This document shows, piece by piece, positions 60,380-64,000 of a DNA stretch of 64,000 nucleotides (the stretch's first letter is position 1; each line of letters opens with the position of its first letter). Below the pieces are notes generated by a model that did no database searches, had not been told where the DNA came from, and was given only the letters and a program-made list of their open reading frames with translations. The DNA is from the human T2T-CHM13v2.0 reference genome, Homo sapiens. A program made the translations under genes and the position numbers. The stretch is from assembly GCF_009914755.1 (NCBI RefSeq), contig NC_060930.1; one strand, written 5' to 3'.

Positions 60380-62045
60380 AAGAAAGCAGGCACAATGCCA
60401 GGGAGCACAAAGAAGAGTGTGAAACCCAAACTGGTGGATAAGGGCGTTGGAAGATGAACTGTCTGGTTGAATATTATAGAACAGGCAAACTTTAAGTTAC
60501 ATATGGGAATTTTCACAGGAAAGATTGGGAAAAGGCATTCCAGGAAGAAGAAGCAACATATATTAAGATACAAAATAAAAGATAATATGTGGTATATAAG
60601 AAATGTGAGGTATGTGGTTTGAGGGCAGCTGAATGATAAGCTAGACTCATGATAGGCCTGATTAGTGTGGCTAAGACATTTGGGTTATAAACAAAGTTAA
60701 AGAGAAGACATTGAGAATTTTGAGCAAACAATAATGTATCAAATCTATGTATACAGTTGTTTCTCTTGGTGTTTGTGGGGGATTGATTCCAGGACCTTTT
60801 GGGAATACCAAAACCTAAGATGCTCAAGTACCTTATATAAAATGGAACAATATTTTCATGCTCTGTATACTTTAAATAATCTCTAGATTACTTAATAACA
60901 CTTAATGCAATGTGAACATTATGTAAATAATTGTTATACTGTATTGTTTTTGTGTTTTTTCTTATATTTTTATTATTTTTTAAAAAATATTTTTCATCTG
61001 CACTTGGTTGAATAGAAACTGCAAAAACTGACAAGATTAGAAATATAACTCTGAACAGAAATATAGATAACAAATTTGTTCATGAGTGGAGAGAGGACTG
61101 GTCAGACTTTAGGTATAAAAAAAGCATGTAGAATGTTAAAAATAATGCAGTAGTAGAGAAGAAGATCTAGTAGATGAGAAGGATTACAGTGATTTTAAAG
61201 AAGCCATTATCTGGACATGAACTGGTTGAATTGAAGAGGAAATGGAGTATCTTTTTCGCATGGACTAAATGAAATGAAGGAATATCATAGCAAACCTGTT
61301 TACTTTGTTATCAGGATCTTGAATTTGAAGGAGTTCATGAAATAAATTCAATTTAACCCATCCATTTAGAGTCAGAGAAAAAAGGAAAAAGTCTATTGAA
61401 AGTGACTGTGGTGGATGTTGTGAAAGGGGCTTAAGAAAAATGCAAAGGCTGGAGAGATTGTTGAAGATTAAAAAAATGATAGAGTTAGCTAGGTAAGACA
61501 CAAAAGGATTCTCTATGCACACTGAAGTTTCAAATGAGGCTGAAGGCTAGATTTGCAATGGCACTGATCTACATAGCTACATAATTTTTGCCCTAGAAGA
61601 TATCAATTTGTTAGATATTATGTATATACATAAGACAATTTTTGGGTTAGTCAAAGGAGTTTTTATCAGATCAGTGCAGCAAGGTACTTGCGTAAGGTGG
61701 GGCATGAAAGTGTGTTGTGAAAGTGATACGGTCAATAAGGGTGTAAAGTGAATAAGGTGGATAACTAGGGAAAAATAAATGGGTTCTACAAATGTAGATG
61801 ATGTCATAGACTAGAGATGATATAGGAAAGCTAAAATAGGGGAAATGGTAATTACAGTGCAAAATATTTGAGTGTACTCTTTCAGACATGGAGAAATGTG
61901 AAGCCATAAGGAATTTTAAAGATTAATTTGTAATGAGTGGTTAAAAAGTTTCAGAGGTTCAGAAAGGGAAAAGAGATTAAAGTGAGCTGAAATGTTTTTG
62001 GAAGTATTAATGGAGGAAGAGAAACCTGAGCTTGAAGGAAAGACA
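60380..62045 (-). mobile_element. Degenerate L2, split by MER2
   Basis: Purine-rich L2-like text (ggaaaaggcattccaggaagaagaagcaacat; atggagaaatgtgaagccataaggaatttt). Confidence 0.45.
60752..61040 (+). mobile_element. MER2 (TcMar-Tigger MITE)
   Basis: TA-cagttgtttctcttggtgtttgtggggga ttgattccaggacc...gatgctcaagt.ccttatataaaatgg...tactttaaataatctctagattactta. Confidence 0.8.
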
Positions 62046-62049
62046 GTAG

Positions 62050-62350
62050 AAGCATATATTTATGGAGTATATGGGGTATTTTGGTATAGACATACAATGT
62101 GTAATAACTACGTCAGGGTAAATGGGTATTCATCACTTCAAGCATTTATTCTTTGTGTTACAAACAACCCAATTATACTCTTTTAGTTATTTTAAAATGT
62201 AAAATTAAATTATTGTTGACTGTGGTCAACCTGTTGTGCTATAAAATACTAGATGTTATTTATGCTTTAACTGTTTTTGTACTTGTTTAACCATCCCCAC
62301 TTCTCCTTCATCCCATTATTATTCTTCCCAGCCTCTGGTAACTACTTAGC
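62050..62350 (-). mobile_element. L1MA-type 3' end fragment
   Basis: catatatttatggagta...tcacttcaagcatttattctttgtgttacaaacaa.ccaattatactcttttagttattttaaaatgt. Confidence 0.85.
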
Positions 62351-62353
62351 CAT

Positions 62354-62545
62354 GGAAGGAAGGAAGGAAGGAAGGAAGGAAGGAAGGAAGGAAGGAAGGA
62401 AGGAAGGAAGGAAGGAAGGGGAGACAGAGAAAAAGAGAGAGAGAGAGTGAGAAAGCAAGCAAGCAAGAAAGAGAAAGAGAGAGAGAAAGAAAGAGAGAAA
62501 GAGAGAGTAAGAAAGAAGAAGGAGGAAGGAAGGAAGGAAGGAAAT
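62354..62545. repeat. (GGAA)16 microsatellite plus GA-rich purine tract
   Basis: Perfect GGAA repeat at 62354-62417, followed by GA/GAAA/GGAA units. Confidence 0.95.
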
Positions 62546-63757
62546 TTGATAATCAGGAAAAGGATTTGCACTTTGTTGTTTAGGCAGTGTTAACTGTTCA
62601 GTTACAAATGTTTAAATTAATTAATAAAATGCTTAACAAAAGCTGTTCAAATACATTTTCTGCCCTTTATTCAATTCCAAATAATTTCTGAAAATATACA
62701 ATAGAAATATCAATGCAAAGGATCATCTGAGTCACTTTCAACTGAACTCCTTTGTGCTATTTATAATGCTATTTATCAAGGTGATTAAGGGCCAATTGAT
62801 TGTCTGTTAGTATAAATAGTAAAAATTTATGGTCATTATGTCATTTCAATTGGGAGATTTTCTTAAGACATCAGTCTAATTGACTTATTTATTTGGCAAA
62901 TGTGCCACTAAAGTAGTAATATGCTATAGAAATATCATATTATATTTTCAGTATCTAATATAACTGTTGTTTTAAAGTTAAATATTTTTAATTTTCTTAT
63001 TAAATATATTATACTGCTTTTTTCAATATTTTATCAAGACTATATCTAACTAAATTTGTTTGTGTAAATTATATTTAAAGAGTTAAATATTACAAAAACA
63101 TCATTTCTCATGGTAAAATTTGTGGCAGAAAGATAGTGGATTATATATTATAATGTTCCCTATCTTATTTTTTTAAAAAAGTCTCCACATATTTTATAAC
63201 TTTAAATAACCAAATAACTAAAAAATAAAAATGTCAAATCCTTAAAAATAAAAGACAGATTCCAAACTAGAATAAAGATTCAAGTTATAAAAGATATATA
63301 ACTCAATAAAACAAATCAATATTTTCTCTAATCAAATGTAAATATGTAATCAGCTGTAGGTAGCCAAAAATTAATTACTACATTGCTCTGGATATGACTA
63401 CACAATAAAGAGCAACAATGAAATTGTACTGATATTTTAATAAATATTTCTGAACTCATTATTTGCAAAGAATTAAGATGTCTTTTCTGTCCTCAATTAG
63501 TTTATACACTTATTGACAAATTTAGTCAGTTTGATTTGTAACTAAAATCTAAGACAGAAAGCCATACATAATATGAGAAGCACACAAGTAATTTCTATGA
63601 GCACTGACTTCATTATTTTTTTACTGGAAGGAAGTAGGGCACACTGAAAAAGGGAAAAAGTGAATTTTCCCAAGAAGGATTTCAAAACATCCTCATTTTT
63701 CTAAAAATTTAATTTTAAGTAAATGCAAACATATAGTCTTAAATTGCTTTTGCTTGA

Positions 63758-64000
63758 TGATATGGTTTGGCTGTGTCCTCACCCAAATCTCATCTTGAAT
63801 TGTAGCTCCCATAATTCACACATGTCCTGGGAAGGACCCAGTGGGAGGTAATTGAATCATGGGGGAGGGTCTTTCCCATGTTGTTCTTATGATAGTGAAT
63901 AAGTCTCATGAGATCTGATGGTTTTATAAAAGGGAGTTCTCATACACAAGCTCTCTTGCCTGCCGCCACGTAAGACATGACTTTGCTCCTCCGTTCACCT
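63758..64000 (+). mobile_element. THE1 (MaLR) LTR, cut off by the window end
   Basis: tgatatggtttggctgtgtcctcacccaaatctcatcttgaattgtagctcccataat...gtgaataagtctcatgagatctgatggttttataaa. Confidence 0.95.

Overview
AT-rich, gene-poor primate (human-like) genomic DNA. By eye about half of it is LINE-1 (L1PA, L1PB, L1M). The rest includes seven Alus, MaLR/ERV solo LTRs (MLT1, MLT2, MER21, MER31, THE1), DNA-transposon fossils (Tigger1, MER2, MER5, MER96-like), L2/MIR remnants and microsatellites. No intact protein-coding gene is supported; the long ORFs in the track are L1 ORF1/ORF2 fragments, Alu-derived or low-complexity. The only gene-derived sequence I recognise is a full-length, heavily decayed processed DHFR pseudogene on the minus strand (55577-56561). 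It has its 5'UTR, 3'UTR, a poly(A) remnant and TSDs, and it keeps ancestral non-human residues; the ORF track misses it. Structural highlights are a ~3.8 kb composite insert with one TSD pair inside a MER31 LTR (probably an ancient L1 3' transduction), a twin-primed inverted L1, a near full-length L1PB nested in another L1, and two template-switch hairpin scars. There are also a few weak candidate plus-strand exons. I found no evidence of a genuinely new biological system. Repeat subfamily names come from recalled consensus sequences, and boundaries are approximate.
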